DNA of 64,000 nt from Octopus vulgaris (lineage: Eukaryota), in the NCBI GenBank assembly GCA_951406725.2, contig OX597832.1, forward strand, positions 55,862,001 through 55,926,000. The letters run 5' to 3'. Position numbers and translations under genes: made by a program. Shown here piece after piece: positions 1 to 13,014 of this stretch. Position 1 is the stretch's first letter, and every line of letters starts with the position of its first letter. The notes beneath the pieces were generated by a model that did not search any database, was not told the DNA's origin, and was given only the letters and a program-made list of their open reading frames with translations.

Positions 1-105
1 CGCTTGTTTGATTTTTGCTGTACTTTTCACTCCTCCTATACTTATGGTGGGGCGTATGTATATATGTGTGTGTATGTGTATATGTCCATGTATTTGTTCG
101 TGTGC

Positions 106-137
<32 letters not shown>

Positions 138-276
138 ATATAGGTATTAGCGCATACCTGAAATATTATAACATAAATGTCCAGCCATGAACGTGTAGAG
201 TAAAACTTTTCGCTTTAGTTATCTGTTATTACGTTCACCTTCCAAGATTGCTCTACATAAAAGCCTGTTACAATCC

Positions 277-395
277 CCACCACCACCACCACCACCACAA
301 CCACCACCACCACCACCACTACCACCACCACCACCACCACCACCACCACCACCACCACCACCACCACCACCACCACCACCACCACCACCACCACC
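277..395. repeat. (CCA)n microsatellite
   Basis: Near-perfect CCA run; source of the poly-Gly ORF 219..461. Confidence 0.95.
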
Positions 396-855
396 GCTTT
401 TTATAGTAAAACAATTTATATACAAATTTTTTTCCAGTAAATTTAAGCTTACTTTACACAAAAAGAAAAGAAAAACATTAAAATTATTAAAAAAACACCC
501 TAATTACTCAACTGACCCTAGCATACTGTGTAGTCGACAAAATCAAAAACAAACAAAGCGCATGCGCGTAATTTAAAATATAAAATGGTAACAATTTACT
601 AATATATATATATGTATGTGTGTGTATGTATACGTGTATGTATGTTTGTGTATCTGTGTTTATGTATGTGTGTGTATACATATGCACACATACACACATA
701 TATATACGCATGTAGAGTTGAAGCTGTTTAGTGTGATCATTTTTGATAACAATAACCGGCTGGTAACTTTTAGTAAATAAGGAGCTTGTGAAGTACTTCG
801 ATAACGATTATAAATTTCTATCGATAATCGTGACTATAATAAGCGTCAATCACAA

Positions 856-867
856 TACACACACACA

Positions 868-902
<35 letters not shown>

Positions 903-996
903 GCACACACTCACACACACACACATACACACACACGATTTTGGAAATCTTTACACTTACACCTAAAGATACGCAGACATAGACACACACAAGCAA

Positions 997-1042
<46 letters not shown>

Positions 1043-1118
1043 ACACACACACTATTTGAAATCTTTACACTTACACCACGCACACATAGACACACACAAA
1101 CACACACACACACACCAC

Positions 1119-1165
<47 letters not shown>

Positions 1166-1323
1166 CACACACGGTTTTGGAGATCTTTACACTTACACCT
1201 AAAGATACGCAGACATAGACACACACGCACATACACACATACACACGCACACACACACATACACACACACGATTTTGGAAATCTTTACACTTACACCTAA
1301 AGATACGCAGACATAGACACACA

Positions 1324-1378
<55 letters not shown>

Positions 1379-1585
1379 ACATACACACACGATTTTGGAA
1401 ATCTTTACACTTACACCTAAAGATACGCAGACATAGACACACACAAACACACACACACACACCACACACACATATACACAAACACACACGCATACACACA
1501 CACACGTACATACACACACGATTTTGGAAATCTTTACACTTACACCTAAAGATACGCAGACATAGACACACACAAACACACACAT
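856..1585. repeat. Compound minisatellite: ~47-bp conserved core separated by variable (CA)n tracts, 6 units
   Basis: Core GATTTTGGAAATCTTTACACTTACACCTAAAGATACGCAGACATAGA (or variant) starts at ~937, 1053, 1173, 1271, 1391, 1520. Confidence 0.9.
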
Positions 1586-1621
1586 ACGATGAATGTAATG
1601 CGCGCGCGTGTGTGTGTATGT

Positions 1622-1666
<45 letters not shown>

Positions 1667-1838
1667 TGCGTATGTATGTGTACATATTCGTGGTATAGAC
1701 TTCAGTGTTTTGACGTTGTCAATGGTTACGTACCGCCTCCGGTCGTCCGCCATGATGAAGTTCATCGATCTCTATCACGGCACAAACATAAATACACGGC
1801 GAACAGAAATAGTTTTATTTCGAGCGGACAGCAAAAAC

Positions 1839-1839
<1 letters not shown>

Positions 1840-1921
<82 letters not shown>

Positions 1922-2425
1922 GCACTCACACGCACACACACACACACGCATTCACACAAACACACACACACACACGCACACGAAGACACAAACGCACACA
2001 CACATACTCATACAGGCATACACACTCACACACGCATGCACACATGTACACACAGATGTACACACATGCACACGAAGACACAAGCGCACACACACATACT
2101 TATACAGGCATACACACTCACACACGCATACACACATATACACACAAATTTACACACACACATAAAGACACAAACGCACGCACACATCCTCATACAGACA
2201 TACACACTCACACACGCATACACACATGTACACACATATTTACGTACACACACTCACACACGCATACACACATGTACACACATATTTACACACGCGCCCA
2301 CGAAGACACAAACGCACACACACACATACTCATACACACATACCCACTCATACACATGTACACAAACATTTACACAAACGCACACACACACACTCATACA
2401 CACATACACACTCACACACATGTAC
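1840..2425. repeat. (CA)n run followed by degenerate CA-rich tandem repeat (unit ~90 bp or longer)
   Basis: CACGAAGACACAAACGCACAC...ATACAGGCATACACACTCAC-like unit recurs at ~1980, 2071, 2161, 2299. Confidence 0.8.
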
Positions 2426-2775
2426 AGCAAAGATTTACGTATACAGATACATACAAACACTGTACCTATTTACATTGTATTAAAGCACACGCTAATATAC
2501 ATACAATGTGTGTGTATATGTGTGCGCAAGTGTGTGTGTTCATACGTACGTAGAGACAGAGATCGATAAATAAACTTATATATGTGTACATATATATATA
2601 TATATGTAAATATATGTGTATATATGCACTTATATGTATGTATATATAATGTATGTGGGTACACGTGATTATATGTATAAAGACGGAGAAAAAGAGAGGA
2701 GAGATTTATTTACACAGACTTGTATAAATACTTACATATATACGTCTGTATTTCAAATATATATTGACCTATACA

Positions 2776-2820
<45 letters not shown>

Positions 2821-3009
2821 AGAAAGAATTACATTGTTTAGTTTCATGTGTATGCTCTGATATATAAGTATATATATATATATATATATATATATACAAG
2901 ATTAAAAAATGGAGAAATACATTATCTCAATTTGTATATATAAGTATGGAAAGATAATAAAGAATATACACATAAATGTGCGAGCCCCAGTGTATTACAG
3001 CTTTATATT

Positions 3010-3249
3010 GTTGCTACCTATACATTTTTATAATTTTATATATAATTTTTTTAGACACACACACGCACATATATATATGCCGATTTTTAAAGGAAAGAAA
3101 AAGTCCGCTGCCCTAACCACTGGGCCATTGCGCCTCCATATATATATATATGTATGTATGTATGTAGGTAGGTATGTATGTATGTATATATGTGTGTGTG
3201 TCTAAAAAAATAGTAATATATAAAATTATAAAAATGTATAGGTAGCAAC
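3010..3249. repeat. Local inverted repeat (arms 3010-3064 / 3192-3249) enclosing a mariner-SINE chimeric fragment
   Basis: GTTGCTACCTATACATTTTTATAATTTTATATA... is the reverse complement of ...TATATAAAATTATAAAAATGTATAGGTAGCAAC. Confidence 0.85.
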
Positions 3250-3656
3250 TATATGAAGGTGTGTTCAAACCACTATACAAATAAATATATGTGCGGACAA
3301 ACTATATAGCGATGTATTCAGACTAACTATATAAAGATGTGTTGATACTATATGAAAAGATTAATGATAAAACTTGATGTAAAGACTATATGAAGATATG
3401 AAGACAGCTTCTACACAATGATCTATTTAGAAACTAAAGAGATTAGTGTAAAGATTAACTTCATAAAGAGACAAGCGCTGTTGAAAGATCTTTCTCCGAC
3501 GAACCATCTTGTTTGAAACGGTCGTCTCTTTCATCAAATTATTTCCTCTCCTACTCATTTCTCCTAGGTGATAACTTTTCAATCGGTTCTATTACCTGCC
3601 TATGTTAACAAGCGATGATATTAGGGGTTTTGTTTTGACTAAGAAACACGGTATAT

Positions 3657-4215
3657 AAGGCGACGAGCTGGCAGAAACGTTAGCACGCCGGGCGAAATGC
3701 TTAGCAGTATTTCGACTGCCGCTACGTTCTGAGTTCAAATTCTGCCGAGGTCGACTTAATCCGTTTGTCTAATCGACTTAATCCGTTTGTCTAATCGACT
3801 TAATCCGTTTGTCTGTCCTTGTTTGTCCTCTCTCTGTTTAGCCGCTTGTGGGTAGTAAAGAAATATGTATTTCGTCTGCCGCTACGTCTGAGTTCAAATT
3901 CCACCGAGGTCGACTTTGCCTTTCATCCTTTCGGAGTCGATTAAATAAGTACTAGTTACGCACTGGGGTCGATATAATCGACTTAATCCGATGTCTGTCC
4001 TTGTTTGTCCTCTCTCTGTTTAGCCCCTTGTGGGTAGTAAAGAATAAGAAACGTTAGCAAGCCGGGCGAAATGCTTAGCAGTATTTCGCCTGTCTTTACG
4101 TTCTGAGTTCAAATTCCGCCGTGGTCGACTTAATCCGTTTGTCTAATCGACCTAATCCGTTTGTCTGTCCTTGTTTGTCCCTTCTGTGTGTAGCCCCTTG
4201 TGGGTAGTAAAGAAA
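3657..4215 (+). mobile_element. SINE group B (Nin-domain-like core), three-unit head-to-tail concatemer
   Basis: Head AAGGCGACGAGCTGGCAGAAACGTTAGC; B-box-like GAGTTCAAATTC; core GCCTTTCATCCTTTCGG; 17-bp TSD TAAGAAACACGGTATAT at 3640-3656 and 4216-4232. Confidence 0.9.
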
Positions 4216-4784
4216 TAAGAAACACGGTATATTTTAGGGGATTCTAAATGGAATTTGATCAACTTAAACTTTTTCTAAGCGGATTAATTTCGTAAGATAT
4301 CGTGGTTTCATTTCTCGAAAAGTTATTCTCTTACACGAGACTCACATTACTCCAGCATCACTGACATTGGTATTCTGATCTTGGAGCCTTTGTAAGAACA
4401 TTGGTGGGTCGAAGAATCTGAAGCTCCTTCAACTGAGAGTAAAAACCGAAACACATTTTCTACTGGTCAGAAGCCTATCTCTAGATTGAAAATGTTTAAC
4501 GTTCGAACGTTGGTTTCTTATTACTAGATACGTCGACAATTTTATCGTTACATAAATTTATATTAATTCCAAGCAAGACACGAAACTACACATTTCAGGA
4601 GAGAGAATATTGATCATCCTCAGTATTTAGCTGGTACTTGTTCTACTGGTTGCTACAAAGCAAATTCACTCTGACAGGAATTGAACTAACAACATAAAGA
4701 AGTGAGACTAAATATCACAATGTATTTTGTTAGAGGCTCACTATTCGTTGACCAAAATAATTAAATGAATATCAATTTACTCGT

Positions 4785-5645
4785 TCCTACTCTAGGCACA
4801 AGGCCCGAAATTTGGTGGGAGAGGGCCAGTCAATTAGATTGAACCCCAATACTTAACTGCTACTTAATTTATGGACCCCGGAAGGATGAAAGGCAAAGTC
4901 GACCACGGCGGAATTTGAACTCAGAACGTAACGGCAGACGAAATACGGCTAAGCATTTCTCCCGGCTTGCTAACGTTTCTTATTTCTTTACTGCTCACAA
5001 GGAGCTACACACAGAGGGGACAAACAAGGACAGACAAACGGATTAAGTCGATTACATCGACCCCAGTGCGTAACTGGTACTTATTTAATCGACCCCGATA
5101 GGATGAACGGCAAAGTCGACCTCGGTAAAATTTGAACTCAGAACATAAAGACAGACGAAATGCCTATTTCTTTACAACCCACAAGGGGCGAAACACAGAG
5201 AGCACAACAAGAACAGACAAACGGATTAAGTCGATTACATCGACCCCAGTGCCTAACTGGTACTTAATTTATCGACCCCGAAAGTATGAAAGGCAAAGTC
5301 GACCTCGGCGGAATTTGAACTCAGAATGTAACGGCAGACGAAATACCGCTAAGCATTTCGCCCGGCGTGTTAACGTTTCTGCCAGCTCGCCGCCTTATGA
5401 ATACCAATATACTGCAGATATTAAGACGGCGAGCTGGCAAAAATGTTAGCACGCCGGCGAAATGCTTAGCGGCATTTCGTCCGTCTTTACATTCTAAGTT
5501 CAAATTTCGCGGGAGTCCTCTCTGTCTTGCATCCTTCCGGGGTCAATAAAACAAGTTCCAATTGAGCACTGAGGTTGATGTAATCGACTTACCCCCCATC
5601 CCACCTCTCCCCGAAATTGCCGGCTTTGTGCCAAAATTTGAAACC
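4785..5645. mobile_element. SINE group B cluster: minus-strand concatemer (4785-5395) head-to-head with a plus-strand copy (5421-5645)
   Basis: Repeated GACCCCGAAAGGATGAAAGGCAAAGTCGACC-type motifs; heads diverge across 5395-5421. Confidence 0.85.
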
Positions 5646-6069
5646 AATGCAGTGTAGATATTAATTAAATCGTACCAAAATAATGAGAAATAATTCATCT
5701 TCGTGGCTCGAACTAGGAACCGTACGAAGCATAATACAATACACAATTCAGACCGTTCGACTACAATGTCAGCCATTTTCCCCAAAACTGTTCCTTGCAA
5801 AAGCGAAATATAATTTCCCTGAATAAGAAAACTCTGTCACCCTAACAGAAAATTGCAATTATTTCCAGCTAATGTTTAACTCGAACAAAACATATTAATG
5901 TGGTTTTATTTAAATATTTTCTGTCTGTAATATCTCGACTTTAATTACACTAACTTAATATGGTTGCCATACAAACTGCGTCCGTCTCCCTCCTTTCTTC
6001 CCTTCGACTTCCTTTTCTTCTCGCCCCCCCCTCTCTCTCTCTATTCTTCCCTTCCTTTCTTTTTTGCTG

Positions 6070-6105
<36 letters not shown>

Positions 6106-6575
6106 TCCCTTCCTCTCTATTTTGCTGTCTCTATCTCTGTCTCTTTATTCCCACATTCCAAATACGATACATTTTTTTCCCGTGAAAAAACAAATAGATA
6201 TAGAATAATTTAATAGAATAAATTGAGACGTTATTCTTTTCTTTTATTCCGTTGCAGCAACGATGGACTTAGTTTTGGGCTTTTGTCTTCGTGTCGTTTA
6301 GTGTGTTTGTTTTATATATTTATTATTTATTATTACTGTACCTTGACTGAATTAGCATAAGATACACGTCAATGATGGTAATATAACAGACGTGGTTCCA
6401 GACGACAAAAAAGAAAAAGAAAGAAAGAAAGAAAAGAGTGGGAAGGGAGAGAAAGAATTAATATGGAAATATAGATAGACAGAAAGAAGAAATAAATAAA
6501 GGAAGAACTAAAAGACAGTCGTTACCATAGTCCTATGTCGCACACAGTTTTTCAGGCGTCTATTTAGCACCACTC

Positions 6576-6593
<18 letters not shown>

Positions 6594-6643
<50 letters not shown>

Positions 6644-6871
6644 GTCTATCTATCTATCTATCTGTCTATCTATCTATCTATCTAGCTATCTATCTATCTA
6701 TCTCTTTCCCCCACGGGCAATAAGCTCTGTTCTCAGAGATAGAAAGACTTTTTCCACAGGCAAATCGTATCGCCTGCAGATACAAAATATTTGATGCATG
6801 CATCCACCAGCGAATGTGATTGGAAGGTTTCATTTTTTTCACCATTAATTTAGCGGAAACCTCCTTCTCGT

Positions 6872-6942
<71 letters not shown>

Positions 6943-7009
6943 GTCTCTCAGTGTGTCTGTCTATGTGTCTGTCTGTCTGCCTGTCTATCTACCGACCTAC
7001 CTACCTACC

Positions 7010-7083
<74 letters not shown>

Positions 7084-7167
7084 AGTATCTGTCTATCAGT
7101 CTGTCTCTGTCTGTGTGTCTGTTTGTCTGACTGTCTATCTATCTACCTACCTATCTCTCTGTCTGTT

Positions 7168-7215
<48 letters not shown>
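6594..7215. repeat. (TCTA)n/(TCTG)n microsatellite blocks
   Basis: Blocks at 6594-6703 and 6873-7215. Confidence 0.9.
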
Positions 7216-7216
<1 letters not shown>

Positions 7217-7518
7217 GTATCCTCTCTCGTGTTCTTTTTTTAAATGCTCTCCTTTTGTATTTGATTTTTAAAACCCGGATGTCTAATTGTCTAGTTGAGA
7301 GCAGGAACATGGCTTCAATTTCGCTATTCTCAGATTGCTAGACGCACCCAGGGCAAACATTACCCTTAAATTACATCAACGAAAGAAAAACTCAAAACAA
7401 GGATAAATCAATGTAGAATCCTCCTAAAATTTAGACCGTTTTAAACTTCATGAAAGACCCAGGTTATGTTTGAAGGTAAGTACCCCAGGTTACGATCTGC
7501 CTACCTTATATCCAACTT

Positions 7519-7659
7519 AGGCGCAGGAGTGGCTGTGTGGTAAATAGCTTGCTTTCCAACCACATGGTTCCGGGTTCAGTCTAACTGCGTGGCACCTTGG
7601 GCAAGTGTCTTCTACTATAGCCTCGAGCTGAAAGAAGCCCGTCGTATATATATATGTGT

Positions 7660-7697
<38 letters not shown>

Positions 7698-7900
7698 GTG
7701 TGTGTGTATGTTTGTGTCTGTATTTGTCCCTCCAACATCGCTTGGCAACCGATGTTGGTGTGTTTACGTCCCCGTCACTTAGCAGTTCGGCAAAATAGTC
7801 CGATAGAATAAGTACTAGGCTTACAAAGAATAAGTCCTGGGGTCGTTTCGCTCGACAAAAGGCGGTTCTCCAGCATGGCCGCAGTCAAATGACTGAAACA
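7519..7900 (+). mobile_element. SINE group C (tRNA-like head, ACCTTGGGCAAGT core, internal (TA)/(TG) microsatellite)
   Basis: GGCGCAGGAGTGGCTGTGTGGT...GGCCGCAGTCAAATGACTGAAACA; matches many other copies in the window. Confidence 0.9.
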
Positions 7901-8075
7901 AAAAATAACTTGTAGGGTCTTATCTATTTAAAGTAAGACCCTACTAAATGCATATTTAATAATGTGTCCTGTGTATGACTTTAAGCTGCGTTCCGTCATG
8001 CGTCTCTGATTCGGGGGTTCCAGGTATTTGGAAAGTGTGGAGTCACCACCTTCCACTAGGCCATGCGCCTCCACC

Positions 8076-8744
8076 TATGAAGCCAGTTAATGTTATTTTG
8101 CTACCTACGTCTGGTCCATTCTGATTCATTAGTTTTCAAATCGTTTCTGGTTAGATTGCAGATCATTTGAATAATATATGCCAGACTCTCATATACATAA
8201 CACAGCGAAATGAAACAGATTAACTCAAGTTATGGCACAGACATAATTGTCTGTGCTCTAACTGGTAAAGTCGCTCGCTTTGCAACCATGTGGTTTCGGT
8301 TTCTGTCCTGCTACGCGGTACCTTGGGCAAGTGTCTTTTACAGTATACTATACAGCCTCGAGCTGACCAATGTCTTGTGAATGAATTTGATGGATATATA
8401 TATATTGTGCAAGCCTGTTGTATATATCTGTCTGTCCATCTTTGCCTTTCATCCTTTCGGGGTCGATAAATTAAGTACCAGTTACTTACTGGGGTCGATG
8501 TAATCGACTTAATCCGTTTGTCTGTCCTTGTTTGTCCCCTCTGTGTTTAGCCCCTTGTGGGTAGTAAAGAAACATTTATCTGTGCCATAACTTCAGTTAA
8601 TCTGTTTCATTTCGCTGTATTATGTATATGATAGTCTAGCGTATATTATTCAAATGATCTGCAATCTAACCAGAAACGATTTGAAAACTAATGAATCAGA
8701 ATGGACCAGACGTAGGTAGCAAAATAACATTAACTGGCTTCGTA
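8076..8744. repeat. Inverted repeat with ~166-bp arms (8076-8241 / 8579-8744) and SINE fragments in the loop
   Basis: TATGAAGCCAGTTAATGTTATTTTGCTACCTACGTCTGG... is the reverse complement of ...CCAGACGTAGGTAGCAAAATAACATTAACTGGCTTCGTA, with few mismatches. Confidence 0.9.
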
Positions 8745-9411
8745 ACTATATATTGCCATACGTTCTTCCAATCACGCAATAGTGATATTATAAAAAGAAG
8801 GGGAAAAAAAGAAAGAAAAAGAAAAACTCTTAAATTCATCGATATATTTTCTTATAGTTGTAACAGCAAAAATTTCTACGATTGGAGAAATATGAACGAC
8901 TGTGCTGTCTCGAAAGAAAGATGAGTTATAAATAAATAAATTGAAATGTAGCTGTGTTAAGATTATCAATTTACTTGTCAAGTAAAAAAAAAAAAAAAGA
9001 AACGAAATTAAACCCGAGATATTTTTGATTTCTTGTGAAGTTTAAACTATGTTTGTTGGCGTTGGTCCTTCAACGTTAAACTACGACACAAAAACATTGT
9101 AAAATGCCACTGATAAGAAGCTGTGGCTGAAATGCCTTTCCCGTGAGCATTAACGAAGTAAATTGCTTCAGACTAGGCGTGACTGTGTGGTGAGAAGTTT
9201 GCTACCGAAACACATGGTTCCGGGTTCAGTCCCACTTGATGGTACTTTGAGCCTGTGTCTTCTACTATAGCCTCGAGCAGAACAAAACCAGAAGACACCG
9301 TTAGAATATGTGCTTAATTTTAGATACAAGGCGGTGCCCCAGTATGGCCGCAGTCTAATGACTGAGACAAGTAAAAGATAAAAGTGGGAGCGAAGACACA
9401 GAGATATCAAA

Positions 9412-9449
<38 letters not shown>

Positions 9450-9492
9450 AAGAGAGACTATGAAGTCGCTCGTTCTGTTAAACATAGCATTA

Positions 9493-9754
9493 AAAATAAA
9501 AATAAATGCGCCCTTTTAAAGCCTAGCCAGGCTCATGGGCCTGGTTTCCCGGTTTCTATGGCGTATGTGTTCTCCAGCTGGATGGGACGCCAGTCCATCG
9601 CAGCGTTACTCACTTTTCCCAGCTGAGTGGACTGGAGCAACGTGAAATGAAGTGTTTTGCTCAAGAACATAACGCGTCGCCCGGTCCAGGAATCGAAACC
9701 ACAATCTTACGATCATGGTGCTGACACCCTAACCACTAAGCCAGGCGCCTCCAC
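9493..9754 (-). mobile_element. tRNA-derived SINE with Meta/MESC-like tail
   Basis: Minus head GGAGGCGCCTGGCTTAGTGG; GCTGCGATGGACTGGCGTCCC...GAAACCGG motif; 13-bp TSD AAACATAGCATTA at 9480-9492 and 9755-9767. Confidence 0.85.
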
Positions 9755-9879
9755 AAACATAGCATTAGTTATCATAAAAAAGAAAGAACACGCTGGCTTA
9801 TGTAGATTAGAAGAGACGACAGAAAGGTCATGGTTGGAATGCTTTTGCCATATTTTTGCAAGAGTGGTAGCAGTGAGTG

Positions 9880-10250
9880 TTGTTGTTGTTGATGATGATG
9901 ATGTTGAGCGGTCCGGTCCGAGCGGTCCGAAACGTGGTCCTTTGCTATTCGTAAGACCCGCAGAAGAGAAAGCAGGTCAACCCCCGACACCGAGAGCATC
10001 GACGGATGGACGAATGCGCATCCAGGCTCAGCAGTTGCATAGGAAGTCGGGGACAAGAAACAGGAAGAAAGAGTGAGAGGAAGTTGGGGCGAAAAAGTAC
10101 AACAGAGGTCGCCACCCCCACCCCTGCCGGAGCCTCGTGGAGCTTTAGGTGTTTTCGCTCAATAAACACACACACAACGCCCGGTCTGGGAATCGAAACC
10201 GCGGTCCTCCGACCGCCAGTCCGCTGCCCTAACCACTGGGCCATTGCGCC
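9880..10250 (-). mobile_element. SINE group A head and body with a distinct 3' tail ending in (CAT)/(CAA) repeats
   Basis: Minus head GGCGCAATGGCCCAGTGGTTAGGGCAGCGG; body shared with the 21011 copy down to ~10060, then unrelated sequence. Confidence 0.8.
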
Positions 10251-10336
10251 ACCACTGCTGTTGATGTTGATGATGACGACGACGTAGTTGGGGGAAGTGA
10301 TAGTTTTGTTGCTGTTGTTGCTGTTGCTGCTACTGC

Positions 10337-10683
10337 TTATGAGAACTCAAAATCTCTCGTGGAAGCGCCATCCAACCAAAATGCAAATATATGGGAAACT
10401 ACCACCTGTGTCATCTCTTGTGAAAGGTAGGAGAGTCCAGTTTGCTGGACATTGTTGTAGAGCTGAAAAAGAAGTAATTTCTACTCTTCTCCTCTGGAAG
10501 CCATCTACTCGCAATACCAGAGGGCGCACACTCTCCTACCCTGATGTAATCACCAGGGATACAGGCATCTAGCAACAGGACCTCCGTAATGCCATGATGG
10601 ACCGTGAAGTCTGGCGTAGCATGGTAAATTCCATTGTCTCGACCACGGTCGAACAATGATGATGATGATGATGATGACGACGA
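10337..10683 (+). mobile_element. RTE/RTE-X-type non-LTR retrotransposon 3' fragment
   Basis: Translates SWKRHPTKMQIYGKLPPVS..RRVQFAGHCCR..LLLWKP..SYPDVITRDTG*..AMMDREVWR, followed by a (GAT)n tail; internal stop. Confidence 0.85.
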
Positions 10684-10959
10684 CATAGGACAACGAGGCG
10701 GCGGAATCGTTTGTACACCGGACAAAATACTCAGCGGCATTTCGCCCGTCTTTACGTTCTGAGTTCAAATTCCAACGAGATCGACTTTGCTTTTCTTTTC
10801 TTTTCGGAGTCGATAAAATAGGTACCGGCTGAACGCTGTCCTTTTGCCAAAATTTGAAGTTAATATTTTCTTTGAACATGGTGATGCGTTCAAGCTTCTA
10901 CTGGAGAGAAAAAAAATTGTTTCGTCTGGAAAGTCACTTTTAAAGAAAGAGAACGAGCC

Positions 10960-11290
10960 ACCCTGCTGGCATTCTGCAAGGCTCAAGTGAGGCCCGCAAT
11001 GACGTTCTGCGCCCACATCAGAGACGGTACTGTTGCTACACACACCGGTTTGTTGTTGGCATCCCGTCACTAAACGGTCTTATCATCCAACCTCTGCCAC
11101 CTATGGCCTCTGCTCCTCAAAGCTAGTTCGTCTTTTGCCTCCGCCAGTCAGGTATACTCTTCCCCAACACGTCTTTCCTCCTTTCATCACCCTTGTTACA
11201 TCCGATCACCCTTTTGTCACACTAACAACTATCCCAAATCCTTCCTCCCTAGAATATTATCCCTCTGGAATCTTGAACCTTCTCAGGTAT
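10960..11290 (+). mobile_element. Decayed LINE ORF2 C-terminal fragment (Jockey/CR1-group-like)
   Basis: LLAFCKAQVRPAMTFCAHI and YGLCSSKLVRLLPPP resemble the LYKAQVRP.MEYCSH / Y.G.CS.EL..LIPP post-RT motifs. Confidence 0.6.
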
Positions 11291-11297
11291 TTCCTGA

Positions 11298-11800
11298 TGT
11301 TGTTGTTGTTGTTCTTCTTCCAATCAGGACTCACGCCATTAGCCACAAAGAATTATCTCTAATCCGAGCCTAATCTAAGCTACTAAGAATGCGTGTGGCA
11401 ACTTGAAGATCCACCCACCACACGCGATAGACAGGCGGTTGCACGGGCGCGAAAGCTACGTTGTTATCCTCATTCCGTAAACAGTGGCTTTTAACGGGTG
11501 GAGAGCTGAACCATCCTGGGGTACAGAGGATTCGCAATCTAGACTAGGGTCTGAAAGTTTACCACACCATAATGGGTTACACCATGGTCACTCTGCTTTG
11601 TGGCAGAAGTAGGAAGAAAGAGTGAGAGAAAGTTGTGGTGAAAGAGTACAGCTGGGTTCATTCACCCTCACCTCCGCCGGAGCCTCGTGGAGCTTAGGTG
11701 TTTTTGCTCAATAAACACTCACAATGCTTGGTCTGGGAATCGAAACCGCGTTCTTAGGACCGCGAGTCCGCTGCCCTAACCACTGGGCCATTGCGCCTCC
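11298..11800 (-). mobile_element. SINE group A head and body with a ~310-bp unrelated tail ending in (CAA)n
   Basis: Head starts at 11800; body to ~11612; possible TSD CCTGATGTTGTTG (11293) / CCTGCTGTTGTTG (11809). Confidence 0.7.
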
Positions 11801-12504
11801 ACCACCCCCCTGCTGTTGTTGAGCCGCAACTGTTTAAATGGAACATTAACCGCATCAATATCACATGCCATGGAAGGTTTGTAAGGGTCGTGGGCGTTGT
11901 CCCTTCCTCAAGACTCAACCAATGAGAAAAAACATCAATCATTTAATTGCGATTTTTTTCTCCCCCCCCCCCAAACACTTATTGCGGTTTTGACAGCTGA
12001 AGTGTTGTTACTCAAGTTTCGTTCTCTCACATTTTTGGCAAAATTTTCTTTAAAGAAGGGGAAAAAAAAATCACGGTTTTCCAGACATAAAAGACGATAA
12101 AACGAAAATAAAAACAAACAAAAAAAAAAAACAAGAGAAAAATAAAAAAATTACGACCTTTCTGTTTATTTATGTTGTACTTTACCTTCTCTTCTGTTCT
12201 CCTTTCTGTGTCTGTCAGACTCTCTCTCTCACTCTCTTTCTCTCTCCTTCTCTATCTGCCATTCTATCTCTATCTTTCTGTCTATTCTCTGTCCCTCTAT
12301 ATTCCGTTTCCTCCCTCTTCCTCTCTGTTCCTCGGTTTTACTTTGTCTCTCTCTGTGTCTTTCTGTCTGTCTATCTCTGTCTCTACTTCACACTCTCTCT
12401 CTCTCTCCGTTTCACGCTCTCACCCCCCTCCATCTCTCTGTTTCTTTGCCTTTTACTCGCTCCGCATCTTGACTCTTTATATTTACATTTTATTATCAAT
12501 TCGT

Positions 12505-12822
12505 GAAGGTGCGTGGCTTGGAAGTTACGGTATTTGACTCACGATCCCAAGGTCGTGAGTTCAATTCCCGGTGAGGCGTTGTGTCCTTGAGCCAGACACT
12601 TTATTCCACGTTGCTCCAGTCCACTCAGCTGGCATAAATGAGTCGTACTTGTATTTCAATGGGTTGTCCTTGTCACACTCTGTGTCACGCTGAATCTCCC
12701 TGCGAACAACGCTAAGGTTGCACGTGTCTGTGGAGTGCTCAGCTATATGCACGTTAATTTCACAAGCAGGCTGTTCCGTTGATCGGATCAACTGGAACCC
12801 TCGTCGTAAGCGACAGAGCGCC
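12505..12822 (+). mobile_element. tRNA-derived SINE: second head and core with the group A tail
   Basis: GAAGGTGCGTGGCTTGG..GAGTTCAATTCCC; GTTGCTCCAGTCCACTCAGCTGG core; tail GCTGTTCCGTTGATCGGATCAAC as in the 21011 copy. Confidence 0.85.
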
Positions 12823-13014
12823 AGTTATAATCAATTCATCCAGCCCTCTGCTGTGTGGTGTATTCAGTAATTTTCGCCGCTTATTTCGTTAGTAACAAAC
12901 GTAGCTTCCCTATTTTAGACACAAAGTAAAACTTATACAAGAGTACACGATTTTGATGGTAACGGTCATTCAATATCTCATAATAGTTTGATTATATTCA
13001 CCATATCTGACATA

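Noticed and set aside
856-1585. CRISPR array
   Set aside because: Spacers are CA microsatellite rather than unique sequence; there are no cas genes and the context is eukaryotic.
1589-2569. 326-aa ORF and the other HT/VC/YI/LSIY-rich ORFs
   Set aside because: They are translations of stop-free microsatellites, open in several frames and on both strands.
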